DNA of 64,000 nt, from the NCBI GenBank assembly GCA_965178125.1, contig OZ237741.1:372001-436000 (forward strand), in the 5' to 3' direction. This document shows positions 40,141-54,100 of this stretch, piece by piece. A program made the translations under genes and the position numbers. The notes under the pieces were generated by a model. That model had not been told where the DNA came from, made no database searches, and saw only the letters and a list, made by a program, of their open reading frames with translations. Within the stretch, counting starts at the first letter, position 1; every line of letters begins with the position of its first letter. The DNA comes from Bilabrum cf. latius (taxonomy: Eukaryota).

Positions 40141-43100
40141 TCACTCCGGGCCTTCGGCTGTCCAGTCGTTCGTCTGCGCCGTGGTGATTCCAGACGGTGA
40201 GTGCAGCTCGCAGCCTATCTCTTTGAGACTAGACGCAAGCACAGACCGGGCCTGTGACATAGAATCCATTTGCGACGCCGAGCACCCGAAGTATGTCTGC
40301 ACCATAGTCTCCACACGCCGCCTGTACTGCTGGGGGGGCTGCACGGTCGCGTTGGCCTGGTAAAGGTTCTTGAAGGCGCTTTCCATCACTTTAAGGGCAT
40401 CGTAGCGCCTCATGTAGTCGATCAGACCGATGCAAATCTGCCCGCTCTGGCGATCAATCCCCAGAAGCAGGCTGTAGTCCATGACTTCGCATTCCTCTAG
40501 GAGGTCGAGGTCGGCGGCAAGCCCGTCCTTCAGACGATCCAGGGCATCCACAGTGAGGATGAGCGGATGCCCGCCCGTGTATACCTTCAGGTCGTCGTCC
40601 ATCAGCACGGGACGGAAGCCGTTGTCGTTACGCTCGGCGGCACGCAGCCGCTTTCGCAGGTCAGACGGGAACAGCTGCCTTTCGGTTGTGAGGGTGGTGT
40701 CCGTGGTGCCTGCAGAGGACACCCGCCTTCCTGCAGCGGGAGCCATGGGGTCGGGCTAATTCCCACCAGTACCGCTGCCGCCACTTGCTGGGTGGGCAAG
40801 CCTGCGTGCTGGCTGGATCTTTACCAGCGGGTGCGGGGCAGGCTTACCCGCGGGACTGCCAACCCTGAGCATGGGCAGGGGCACGGGCATCGCCGTCTTC
40901 TTTGGGGGCGAGCCCGAGCTGGAGGAGCTAGCCCCGTGCACGCTCGATGGCCCCTGGCCCGCTCGCCTGCTCGACCCTGCGATACCAACTAAAGGAGACG
41001 GCTGCGCCGCACCGCTGGGCTCCGCCTTACCACTTGGCGACATTCCGCTTGATTCGGCGGCAGTAGCCGGTGCGTTCAAATTGGCAAGGGGCTACCCGGT
41101 TGACTCCACTGCGGATGATGCACTGCCCGACTCGCTGCTAAAGTGGCGAGATGCTGAAGGTGGTTCGGCTGGATGCTGCAGGGCCACGGAATAGTCGTCT
41201 TCGCTGCCAAGGAGCTGCCTGACCAGGCTAGACGCCTTGAGCTGCGAGTCCTTGTGGTCTCGGTCCCTGGCCTTAAGAAGCTGCTTGGTCTCGGTTGCTG
41301 TCAGCTTCTGATGCCTGCCTTGGATACCCTTGAGGTCAAAGCGGAGGTCGTTCGCCACCTTTGAGCCAAAAAATAGGTCCTCCATGAGGATGATGTGACG
41401 CACCTGTGGCTGCCCATCGCTGGTTCGCACCTCCACCTTGAAGAGCCCAAGCACCTTGACAAGGAAGGAGGTGCGATACCTCCTGTTGAGGAACAGAAGC
41501 CTGGCTTCGTCCTCAGTGAGAGGCTCGTCGGGGGAGATTCGCTCAATGGCAGCATCTGTGCCCTGTTGCTTGCCGACTGCATCTTCGGTCCAAGGCACGC
41601 CGCACAGCACCTCGCGCATACGGTCGAAGTAAATCAGGGCGGTGGAAGCAAAACTGGCGTACTCTACCTCATGCACGTGCTTAGCGATGAACCGACCGTC
41701 TGTAGATCGCTCGAATCCCGCCCCAGACTTGCCTCCAGTCGCGTTCCACATCGATGCACTCGCTAGTGACTCAACCACGCTCTGCTGCGAGCCGCAGTAC
41801 AGCTGCCTCAGGGCATGGAACTGAAGCGCCCAAGGGATGGATATCTCAATCTGCACCTTGCCATCTGGGGTGGATGAATTCACCATGGTATCGGTCTTGA
41901 CCGGTGACATGAGTAGCTCGGCAGGGGTCAGTGGCAGCCGGGCCCCAAAGCAACCGTTGTGCGCTCGCTCAGTCTCTTCCCGAACGAGCGCGCCGAGTGC
42001 CTCCGATATCTCTTGAGGAAGCCCTCGCTTCTGCTGGATCGACTATTTTCGCTTGAAACTGCCATCCTTGATTGCCCCGGGCTGCGGCTGCGCCTCGTTC
42101 TGGCCAGAGCCGGGGAACGCGAATCTCTTCGGTGTACCTGCTGCCGTCACACTACCGGGTGTGAGTAAGTCCTCGATGGCACTGGATAAGAGTCTCAGCC
42201 TGGACTTTCTCTTGCTAGACGTGGCAGACCCCTTCCTTCCGAAGATAGCTGCGTGGCTCGGCAGCCGAGTTCCTCCCAAGCTCAGCCTGCCGCCCTTGGG
42301 CGACTATGCCGCACGACCCCCGAGAGCCCCTCCGGATTGAAGCTTGCGCATCGCATTCACATCAAGCGACAACCGCTTGCTGCTGGAGTCTGCGTGTGGT
42401 GCGGTGGACTGGCGAATGGCTTCACCCTGCTCCATGTCCTGGCTCTATAAACCACCCCCACTGGACTAAGTCTTTTGACCCGCAGGAGTTGTGATCTTCG
42501 CTGGCTTGGCTACATCCTCGCCCTCCTCGGCACTGGCCACCGAGGCATACTCGTCGATAGCATCGCCAAAAAAGGTGATGGAATTCCTGCCGGTTTTAGG
42601 TCCGCTCGGACTAGTGAGGGCGATGCGGGTCCGAATCCGCTTCATTGCAGCGCGCATCGACATCTGCGACTGCCGCCTCGCGATCAGCCTGTCCTGCCGC
42701 GTGTTCGCACGGGATCGGAATCGAGCGAGAAACCCTTGAGATGTGCCTTGAGAGGAAGACGGCTGCTGCCGCATGGCGTCCGCCTTGCTTTCAAAGCTTC
42801 TAGGATTTCCTCCGTTTGTCGTTCCCTCGCCTGCCCCTGAGCTCGGCTCTGCAGAGGATGCTTGGGGATCTGCCGCTCCATCTGCTGGATCAGATACGCC
42901 AGAAGGACGCTGCTAGATGTCTGCATCATCAATGCCAGGTATCTCAAAGAGCGTGACTGACTGCTGAATGCCATCAGGAGACACCTTGGTGGTGGTTGTA
43001 CCGGCCCCGCGGTTGCCTCGGAAGGTGGGCACCAAATCCCCGATCCCAACAACTCGCTCGCTGTCGCTATCAAAGTCGTCGTTATCCCCCGTCGTAGCGT

Positions 43101-46100
43101 TGCTGCTCGCGCTCGTGCCGGAATCAGAATCCACCTCCTCGATGAAATCTGCGTCCTGACCGCCTGTAGACGTACCGCTGCCAAGACGTTGCATTCTTGC
43201 TTGATTTGAAATCGCACCGCCACCCAAGTCTCCATCCAACTGCGGCATAGCCGGCAAAGATGCAGCTGCTTCCTGCCCCGAGGAAGAATGCCCTCTAGAC
43301 TGGCGGGAGCCACTGCGTTGCTCGCCCGACTGACGCAAGTCACCGCTGCCCTCTGCCTCCGCCGGGCGCATGCGACGTCGTGAGGAGGCCCACCTGCTGG
43401 CTAGGCCAGGGCGCAAGGACGGAGAGGCAGCCAGGTGCCTCGAAGAGGAGTCCATCCCTGACTGGATGTCAGCGACTGTGCTGGTACCAGACCGGAGTCT
43501 CGTCGCGTGCTCTCGGGCCCGCGCAAGAGACACGCGCGCGCTGGCGAGCCAGCTCGCCTACTCTGCTTCCACGCTGCTGACGATACTTCCGCGAAATGCG
43601 TCGCTTGAGCCCGGCGACCCTGCCGAATCGCTGATAGCAGCGATACCGCTGTGGGTTCCTCGCCGGGGAAGCGACCTGTTCAGGGAGTAGTCTGTCCCGG
43701 TGCGCGTCCTCCTGTGGCGCCTGCCCTTGCCGGCAGACCGCCCAAGCGGGATGGGCCTGGTCCTTGGGGTCAGGCCATCCGCGTCATGGCCAGTCGGATC
43801 TCTGGGAGAGATTTTGTTTGCTTCCCCTGTGACCGACATGCCCTCGGCTGCGGAGCCCCGGCTTGGACGGCCTCCCCGGCTGCCTGACGCGGAGCTCCCT
43901 GCAACAGCAGCGCTGACCATATCGGCTGGAAAAGGCATCACGACGATGAGATCTGACGCGGTGCGCTGCAACTTTGCCCTTCTCTTTCGCCTGAAGTCCT
44001 GATCTGCTCGCCTGAGGTCATCCATAGAGGTGATGGTGCGAGAGGCTGGAGCAGCCGACAAATCATGCAGCTCGTGCGCTGCGATGGAAGCAGCTCGGCG
44101 GCGTTTTGCAGCCACGTCTGTCTTCGCGCCTCTCTCACGACTCATCATCTCCTTAGCTCCATCAGGCAATTCGCCGCTGCCGCTTGATCCACCCACCAGC
44201 CTGAGTCTGTCAGGCGTGGTAGTGACCTGAATCGTGGTGCTTCGGGGCCGCGGACTCCTCGGTACCACAATGGAGGTCTACCCGATGGTTCTATCCGGAC
44301 TTCTAACGCGCGTTTCCTGTTCGTCGTTCGGTACACTTCCATTGGGAGGCGAACTCAGATTCTCCTCGCTCTGCTGCCCCTCCTTGGTGTCGAGCATTCC
44401 GGCTGCCTGGGCACCCCCTTCGTCTGCGCGGGTCTGCTCCATCTCGTCCTCCGCCTGCATTTCAAAGTGGCGAAAAGCAACTTCTGCGTTCTTCTGCAGC
44501 TCCTCCCAATAGAGCCGTGAGGACAAGAAGTATGCCATGATCGAACTTGAGTTCGCAGGGTCGACATGGACCACCCCACCGTTCATGCCAACTGGAAACT
44601 GCAGGCTGCTATCGATGGCTTCATCGCTTGCAATCTCAAGCCTAGTCTCCAGATCTTGGATGGATTCCCGCGACAGATCGAGGGTACCGCTGGAGTCTTG
44701 CTTGGGTTTGCCACTGAGCTTGGTCGGCGTATGCACCGCTGTTCCGGAGGTGTGGCTGCTAGGAGCACCTTCGACATGCAGAGGCACAGGCGACTCCCTC
44801 CCACCCTATTGCTGACCTTGTGGCGACGAAACCAAGGCAGTCGATCCTGCTGCACTTTGTACGCCTGCACCGTTTGAAGCCACGAGTCTCATGGCCTCGA
44901 TCGGGCCAGCCGCCCAAGACCTCCGCCTGCCTGCCTTGTCCCTGCGCGTCACGGCCTCCCTAGCACCGATCAGCCCGGCACCGGGTCGCGGCTATGCCGG
45001 TGAGCCCTCATCAATTGACTGCGACCGGCTCCGTCCGGACGATTCTTGCTTGCTGATGGCGCCAGACGTGTCCGCCTGCCCAGCCGTTGGATCCAGCCAC
45101 TCGGACGGCAACGTCCTGCGCTGACGGCTCCGTTTACCACCGCCGCGGCGTGACTGCAGCCTCCCAGCCACCTAGGCTGGATCAGTGGCACCGATAGATG
45201 CTGCCATCACCGCAGTATCGATACCGACGACATCATCATCCAATTCGGCCGGCACGCCAGCCACAGATGCAGGTCGCTTTCGCGCCGGCGCCTGCGCCTC
45301 TCTCACGGCAGCAACCCTCTCCAAGTTGTGAAGGATGACTCTCGTTTCCTCATTCAGAGCCTAGAAGGTCACCTAAAACTACCTTGCCTTGCTATTGACG
45401 TCGAGAACGGATGTGCTGTTGATCTGCGCCTCCCACTTATCAGCTGCTGCGCTGCTCAGCACCTGGGCATGGGTTTCCAGCTCCTCGGCACTCTTCGCCC
45501 TTCCGCCGTCAGTCTCCGCGAGCGCTTTCCGAAGCGAGTTCGTGCTCGCGTGAACCAGCCTGCCGTCGATCTCCACCGATGGCAGGACGATCGCAGTCAC
45601 CTTGTCGACCAGGTCTTCCAGCCTCGCGATGATGCCGAGGATGCCTACCTGGGCGTCCCGCTGCACCTCCTCCATCTCAACGTGCATGACGGCGTCAAGA
45701 GTTTGCCGCAGCGTGGAAGAAGCATCCCCTGCCTTGGCAAAGAGCTGCTTGTGCTTTGGAGTTGGAGGCATAGCAGCTAAAACGGCCCCGCTCCTCTACT
45801 TCTCCCTTGCATCCAAGTAGGCCTGCAGCTGGTCGTAGCATCCCACTAGCTGTGCGGACTCTCGAAGCACGTCACGGAGGTTGTCCACTACTGCGAGCCT
45901 CTAGTGGAGGAAAGCGACCTGCCGGCCAACTACTTTGCGCACGCTGTGCTGGTCTGTCTCGAGTCGTCGGTTCACCCTCACATCCAGCACTCGGATGGGA
46001 TGCACGGTCATGTAGGCCTTCCTGCCTCCCATGCAAAACACCCTCTACACGTGGCGATTTCCCACAATGCCTCGATTTCCTTCCGTCGCCGTGGCGGGGT

Positions 46101-49100
46101 GATCAGACCCGCTCGAGTCCCTAGACCTGATGAAACCGACTGGCATGTCCTGCTGGCCCTGGCTCCCCCGTGAGCTCGAAGATATCCTCCTTGCGCCGGC
46201 AGACGTTGACTGTGCTCTGGTTGGGCTGGCCTGCACCCGCAGTCCGTGTCCCTGTTCCTCTGGTCCGTGACCTTGCTTCGACCTGTCCACCCAGATTGGG
46301 TGAACCCCGAACGGGGAGTCCAGGCCTGCCTCAGGCCACACGTCTCCTGCCGTGACCATGCCATGGTTGTGGAAGCACCCTTCTAAGAACAGTGAAATCG
46401 GTGCCTGCAGCGTAGCTTTGCTCGCCAACACAGGAGGAGACAGCTGCTGGCCCGTCATCACGTCGCGGGTGTACGTGACGACTTGGGAGTCCATGGCGTG
46501 GCTTGGCTTCTCGACGGCAGCGTCACCGCTCGTCGCAGTCCCTGCGGCAGCGGCCGCACCTGCAACATCACTTGCGGTGCGAAGTAGCGCTGCCTTACCG
46601 AACGCCCCGCTCGCTGCCCTTTCAAGAGCTTCGTCGCCGGGCCCAAACTCGAGCTCAACGATACGCCGAAGCGCCCGGGTAGTTGGCATGGGGCTCAAAG
46701 AGCCGGCCAGCAGAATACCCGTGACAGGGGCAAATTCAGGCGAGTGTAGGCCAGGTAAATCGCCAGCATCTCGCGATTCCACGGTGGCGCCAACCCCCCG
46801 CAGCAGTTTTGCGGCGGTGCGAGCCTGCTCCAGCCTCAGAGAGTCCATGGGGATTGGCCTGGACTCCTTGACGCGGACGTCGACTCGCCACGCACCATGA
46901 AAGTAGGAGCAGGTGGCCTTGGTGGCTTTCACTGTCTGCTGGCCTTCGCACATCAAAGGGTCCACGGGAAGTCTAGCATCTCCAAAGCACGTCTGCACCA
47001 GGAACTCCTGTAGAGTACGATCATTGCGTGAGAATGCTCGCACCAGCCTGCGGTTGTACTTTGTTGCCTGCTGCGGCACTTCTCCGTTGCGCGATAGAGC
47101 CACATCGTGTGTTACTTTTCTCTGAGTAGTAGTAGATGAAAGAAAAGCCACGTGCGACAGGGTGGCGAATCCAGGCATCAGGGGGAGGATTGCAGGCATC
47201 TCTGGCTCGATGACTTCGTCGTCTTCAGGGGTGATCAGCCTGGCTAGCCGTTCTCTCCTCTCTTCGGCCCGAACCTCACGTTTAGACTTGGGGGCGCCGC
47301 TCGCATCCGCCGCGCCCTTTGCCGCCTTAGAGGACGAAGAAACCCGCCTTGGCCCCAGCAGACTGCCTCGGGACCCTCCTCCTGCTGGTGCTGCCATCTG
47401 CATGAGCCGGCTACTAGCACCGCCTGGTTGCGTGAGAGCGAATAGCTGGGAGGATATGGATGGCTTGGATGCCCTGCCTCCCTCAACCAGCGACTGCAAC
47501 CCGGATACCCCTTTGCCAGCGACAGCTGCAGGCTGCGACTTGGACGCGGCTTCGCTTCTGGGTGCTCCTAGCTTGGCATCGAGAATCAAGTCACCTTCGT
47601 CACCATCCTCGAGGCTTCGGTAGATCGTTGGCATCACGTAGTCCGGCAGTGCCCCGGTTGCCGCGATTGCAGTTGACCAGTGCAGAACGCTGCCGCAAGC
47701 GTCGGCCGCATCCGCAGTGACATCAACAGCGGGCGACTGCCGCTGCTCCCCATCGTGCGGCCTGCACCAGCCCAGCAGCTTGCACAGCGCGCCGTCTGGT
47801 TCGGGTTCATACTGCGCCTCCTCAAGAAACGACTTGGCAACGCGTGCTAGCTGGCGCCCGCCACCTCGCAGCACGGTGGCCAGCATGGCCTCGAGCAGCA
47901 GCGCGAGCTCCCCGCTCACTGGAATCGACAGGGCGTCATTGGGTGGCACCGCGTCGGGCGCCAGCAGGCCTGGCCACAGGCATACCGATGCGATCGTGAC
48001 CATCGATGCGACGCTATTCTGCCCCGTGTAACCGCTGGCACCACCTGTACTTGGTGCGGTCTCCCTGCCAAGAGCAGCCCGGATGCCCTCCAGCACGTGC
48101 CTCTCCACGAGTCGAAGAGGCACGCCGTGCGCGAGGCTGCGGCATAGGGTAGCACAGTACCAGCGCCTCCACTGCGCAGTGCCAGGCGAAGCAGGCCGAG
48201 AAATCATCCACTCCTGCAGGGAAAGCAAGACTCGCTTTCCGGCAGCCGCGGGTTCAGGAAGTCTCGCACTCACCCCCGTTCCCGAAGAATTCTTTGGTCG
48301 CAGTGCGGCTGTTTCCAAGATTGACCGCAGAGCTTCTGAGAAAAGCGGATGGACGGGGGCGTCTGTGCCGCCAGATGCGCCCTCTGACTCAGATCGAGTG
48401 CGGAAACTTGGACTATGGCTGCCAGCTGCAGCTAGCATTGCCACCGAGCTTGACATTCGCTGCCTACCCAGCGGGCTGCTTGGAATCGTAGGAGCGGTCA
48501 GGCTTCCAACATACAGGCTGCTTCCATCGCCGTTGCTGCTGGAATCATCTCGCGATTCTATGCTTTCAGCTCCGCTTCCCAGGGGCGCGTCTACTGCGAT
48601 GCGACCATCGCTGCACTCTCGCAGAATTGCGCTCGCCCACCTTGCACCCGGGGCCAGCCCAGCGTCAAGAAGAGTTGCATTGCTAAGCCGAAGCTGGTAC
48701 GCCACCAAAATGGCCCACTGCAGAGTGGCCTTGGCAGTCTTGAGGATGCCAGGCCCGCCCCGCAAGAGGATCGTGATGCCCCTGCTCGCCTCGCAGCCCT
48801 CCAGCACGAGCAGCGTCCTCCGCGCAGCCCGTGCTCGCTGCCGGAGCTCCCGCTCTGCCGCCTGCAGCCCGCCCGTGGCTTCGAATCCCCGCGCCACGAA
48901 CGGCATCGAAGCTCCAGAGGTGTGCCGCTCGGGTGATCGCCCAGCATCCCTTGGCTCCATGCGCGTGATGGAGGGGCGAGAGACAGATTTTCGAGGTCCA
49001 GAGGAGCCAGCAGCAGATTGTCCACGGGCCTAGCTGGCGCGCCTGGGTAGAAGTGACATCTGAACCATTCTGAACTGATTGCACCTGCCCAGCGCGAAAG

Positions 49101-51007
49101 ACTTACGCACTTTGGAGGCGTAGTCTGCGGACGGCAGGATTAGCGCCCCTGTCATGCGACTCGCCCGACATAGGTTCTTACTGGACACGTTGGGGACGAC
49201 AGTGACCCCGCAGCTGATGAGCAGCTCCATGGCCTGCGCTGATATTGGCCCTGAGCACATGATTACGTCGGGCTGAAGCTGCAGCAGGCGCTACACGATC
49301 TCCCTTTCGTAAGCCGCAGGGGCCGCCCGTTCCAAGGCATCGTCGGCGAGCACTATCCTCCTCTGGGCGTCCTGGCCGATCTCGTCGTCCACAAGCAGGA
49401 TGGCAGGGTCAGAGATGGACGATCGCATCTGCTTGTGCGGGAGCTGCTGCCTCCATGCCACGCCATCAACCACGCCACACTTTCCGATCCAAGTCTTGGG
49501 TGGTGGCCGGCTCATCGTCCCGCCCTTGCCAGCACTCGGGACTCTATCCTCGCTTTTGCCTGCTGCTTTTTGAACAGACTCTGGTGGCCGGGCGGCAGGC
49601 GAATCTGGGTCCGTTTCCGAGTCATACTCCGCGATGGGGCCGTTGGAGAACCGGGATGAACCCGGTCCAGGCATGGCCTTGTCGTGCCGACGGGGCACAG
49701 ATGACCCGGCTGCCTCGTTCTCTACCGCATTCGCGATGAATCCAGCCAGGCCTGCAGCCTGCGCCACGGACCATATTTCACTGGGTAAAGCCTCCTCTCC
49801 TCCCCTGAGACACTTGATTTTCACGTAGGGCCTTACGTCTTTTCCATCTCCGATGCTCGGATCTGGCTGCACGGTGCAGGCAGCGTGTCTCGCAAGCATC
49901 ACGATCATTGACACCCAGGCCCTCAGTCGAGCCACGCCAGCTTCCCTCATGACAGGAGATGTCGTGAGCAGACGGACGACCACGTGACCTGCGATGAGTA
50001 GCGTTGCAATCGAGGTCGTGCGGGCCGTAACGGGGAGGTAACGGGGCTTTCAAGTCAACGGCCAAAGGACTCGGCCACGCACGGGCTGACAGCAGGAAAC
50101 TACGATCAAGGACAAACGCGACGGCCGCGTCGCACACTTTTCTCACAAAGGTGTCTTTCAGCTCTCAGTCGCAGCCTTGCAGCGAGAAGAACTTCCTGTG
50201 GCCGGACGGGGGGCCGCAGCGCAGTGAGCCCCTGTCTTGACCCAGTCACGCTCGAGCTGAAGGACCGGGTGAGGCCTTGCACGCTGTACCTGAGGTCTTT
50301 GCCGCTAGCGATTGCTCTAATGCTTCTCAGATACGATCTCGTCTGCTGCTCAGCACTTTGGCGCGTGCTGCCTCCAGAGGTGGTGCCGGATGCAGCAGGC
50401 ACGTCGTCCACCGCGGCCACCTGACTGCCAATCCCTGCTCCAGCAGTCGCATCAGGTGTAGATGCAGGTGTCGCCGGGGATGTGTGTAGCAACGGTGATC
50501 TTTGCTATTGAGAGCTTGCAGTCCCAGACAACTTCTTGGCTGGTGGCCTTATCCTGGGAAGGCTCGGTGGCTGAACATCCTTGGAATCTAGAGCCGAGAC
50601 GTGCTACTACAGCTTGCTCGCAGTTTCCCGCCGTTCTGCAGCACTCATTGCTGCCAGCCTATCATATCCAATCAGGTTTGTCCCGTCCGTACCACCGTAA
50701 CTCTCTTCAAACTTGACGCAACGCCTGCAGGCTCTCTCGGATTGGGACAATCCATGCAGCGTCCCATCTAGTCTCTCTGCACTGCAATTGCTGCAAAATA
50801 TCTGCGAACAATATCGATGATATAGAGTAAGTCGACAACACAGTGGAACTTATCTCACGTGCCGCGAGCACCCGAGTTGCACCTGCTTACTCTACCACAG
50901 AATCTACAGTGATGTTTTCGGAAGAAAAACGTAAAATCCGTCCCACAATCCATGCATTTGGAGCAAAGAGAATCGGGCATCCAAAATGCGTGCAGAGGGT
51001 CGCCCAT
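40141..51007 (-). CDS. FAB1: 1-phosphatidylinositol-3-phosphate 5-kinase FAB1/PIKfyve (FYVE, Cpn60/TCP1-like, PIPK), ~3540 aa; introns 50802-50890 and 49989-50146 (TAG=Gln)
   Basis: FYVE FWMPDSLCSKCMDCGTDFTFFFRKHHCRFCGR|IFCSNCS..RACRRC restored by splicing; DVRPYVKIKCLRGG, TLLVLEGC..GITILLRGG; kinase QFHALR, GGKSGAGF, FDLKG, MDYSLLLG, GLIDYMRRY; ~23 TAGs, no TAA/TGA; TGA 40141-40143. Confidence 0.92.
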
Positions 51008-51189
51008 AACGAATCAGATAGAGGTCAGGAGGGCAGTTTTTTGGGCCCTTGCTTGATTGCACTCATCACACTGCAACACTCATCACACCAAGAATTATTT
51101 ATCACATACACGTTACTTTCGATAATACTAAATCGGAGTACCTCGCCACGAGCATATCCTTGCTTCGACTGGCGCAGGGAAGTTGGAAC

Positions 51190-54100
51190 ATGTCGTCAGA
51201 GAAGCGCGCATTGCTTGGAGAAGATAATGGAGCTGCCGCTGGTGGCTCTCACGGAGGGCACGGAGACGAGAAGCAACGCGAGCAGGCGATGTTTGAGCGT
51301 GTAAGTAGCTTTGCCTCCAATCACCAAGCATTTGGTCTTCCGCATGTGACTGCGCCGCCCTTTGAGGCTGCAGGGGTGCTTCATTTGTTTTAACGTTATG
51401 TTTGAACTGCGCGAGACCCCTGTTTGGGTTGGCTTTCACAGTCGGTGACGCTGCGTTGATGTGCCCTGAGATTATGGATCGGTTCAGCTGGATCTGCTCC
51501 TCGAGCCGTGTTTGCACCTGCCCTTAACGCAAGCGTGTCCCCAGCTGGAAGCATCAGTTAAGTAATTTATCCAAATTCCATATTTTCCGCAGGGAAACAA
51601 CTTGAAGGAGACAGGGCTCTCAACCGGTGAGATCGATGGACTTCGCGAGCAGTGGGGCTTCAACGAGCTTGAGGAAGAGGAGATCAACCCTTTCCTGCAG
51701 TTCCTGGGCTACTTCTGGGGACCCATGCCCGGCATGATTTGGGCCGCTATCATCATCGAGCTGGCCAAGGCTGCCTCTGGAAACGGTGGGTGGGAGGACT
51801 TCGGCGTGCTGATGGTGCTGCAGATCGTGAACGGCACCGTGGGATACATTGAGGAGATGAACGCTGGCAACGCCATCGCTGCCCTCAAGGAGAAGCTCAA
51901 GCCCCAGTGCACCGTGGTGCGCGACGGCCGCGCCTTCAAGCTCGACGCCAAGGAGCTCGTGCCCGGCGACATTGTCGAGATCAAGCTGGGCGACGTCGTC
52001 CCCGCTGACCTCATCCTCCTCGGAGACGTCAACGACGTCGAGGACCAGCTGCAGGTGGACGAGTCCGCCCTGACGGGCGAGTCTCTCCCCGTGACCGTGC
52101 ACGCCTCCAAGAAGCTCAAGATGAGCGCCATGATCAAGCAGGGCGAGGGGCACGCCGTCGTGGCCTACACGGGCAAGCACACCTTCTACGGCCGCGCCGC
52201 CGAGCTCATGAAGATCTCCGACGCGCAGGGGCGCTTCCAGAAGATCCTCTTCCGGATCACCCTGGGCCTCCTCTTCCTGTCGGTCGTGCTGTGCATGGTC
52301 ATCCTCATCAAGCTGCTCGTGGCCACCAACTCGGGGCAGAAGGCCGGGGAGTCATCGCTGGATTCGGGCCGCAAGTCGGACCGTGTGCTCGAGGCCATCT
52401 CCATCGTTGTGGTGCTGCTGGTCGCATCCATCCCGATTGCCATGCAGGTCGTGTGCACGTCCACCATGGCCGTGGGATCGCGCCGCCTGACCGAGAAGAA
52501 GGTCATCGTGGCTCGCCTGTCAGCCATCGAGGAGCTCGCCGGCATGACCGTGCTGTGCTCTGACAAGACCGGAACCCTGACCAAGAACATCCTGACCCTC
52601 AACGCGCCCATCATCTACAACAAGGACTGCACCGAGGACCAGCTCAACTTCTGGGCCGCCCTCTCTGCCAACTTCCGCTCGACCAACATGGACGCCATCG
52701 ACAAGTGCGTCGTGGACCGCGCCGGTATCCAGAGCGCCCCTCTCAACCTGGCCACCATCAAGGACTCGAGCAAGTACCAGATCACCAAGTACATCCCCTT
52801 CAACCCCACCATCAAGAGGACGGAGGTGCAGTGCAACACTCCCAATGGATTCCTGCGCGTCACCAAGGGCGCCCCTCAGATCGTGCTCAACATGGCGCTC
52901 GACTCCAACCCGAACAATGACCCCGCTCTCGGCGACACCGTCCGCGGCCAGATCCAGGACCTGGCGGAGCGCGGGTACCGCGCCCTGTCCCTCGCCATCT
53001 CTCGCACCCCCGAGGGCCAGGAGCCCGTGTGGGAGTTCCAGGGCCTCATCTCCATCTTCGACCCCCCGCGTGACGACACTATGTCCACCATCAAGGAGGC
53101 CGTGGCCGGCGGCGTGGAGGTCAAGATGATCACCGGTGACCAGAAGGCCATCGCCGTCGAGACCTGCAGGCAGCTCGAGATGGGTACCGAGATCTTCACC
53201 ACGGACGTGCTTGACGACCCCTCCGTCTCGCCGCAGGTCATCAGCGAGCGCATCTACCACGCCAACGGATTCGCGGAGGTCATGCCCGAGCACAAGTTCA
53301 ACATCGTGCAGGCCCTTCGCGAGCGCGAGATCGTCGTCGGTATGACCGGTGATGGTGTGAACGACGCCCCCGCCCTCAAGCGCGCCGACATCGGAATCGC
53401 AGTGGAGGGTGCCACTGACGCCGCCAAGGCCGCCGCCGACATCGTGCTGACCGAGCCTGGTGAGATCATTAATTGTTTCGCATGACGTGCGTGCGCTGTT
53501 CGCTTGCCCGATGCGCTGGCATCCACCGGGAGGATGAGGCTTCACGATCGTGACTAGGCTATCCGTCGGGCGCATCTCTTATCAACTATCAACTAATCGC
53601 GCCCGACGATGAGCCCCTCACACCTTGGAGAACTGACCGGATGTCGGCTGCTGTTAAGCCTGCATGTTGCTGGGAGTATCTATGCACAATCAGTGCACAC
53701 GTGTGCCATGCTCTCCTTACTACCCTTGTTTGTGCTTGTTAGCGTCTCGCAGGCCTGTCCGTTATCATCGACGCCATTCTGCGATCCCGCAAGATCTTCC
53801 AGCGCATGAGAAACTACGCCATTTACAGGATCGCGTGCACCATCCAGCTGCTGTTCTTCTTCTTCTTCGCCGTCATCTCCATCGTGCCCACACAGAGCAC
53901 TTTCTACGGTAGCCAGGCCGGCACCGAGGCGGAGGGCTACCCCATGGCGGCTGGCCCCGCCTTCTCCCTGCCCGTGATCTCGCTGGTGATCATCACCATC
54001 CTGAACGATGGCACCATCATCACCATTGCCCACGACAAGGTCATCCCCGCCAACACCCCCCAGAAGTGGGACCTGTGGGAGGTTCTCGTGATCGCCTGCG

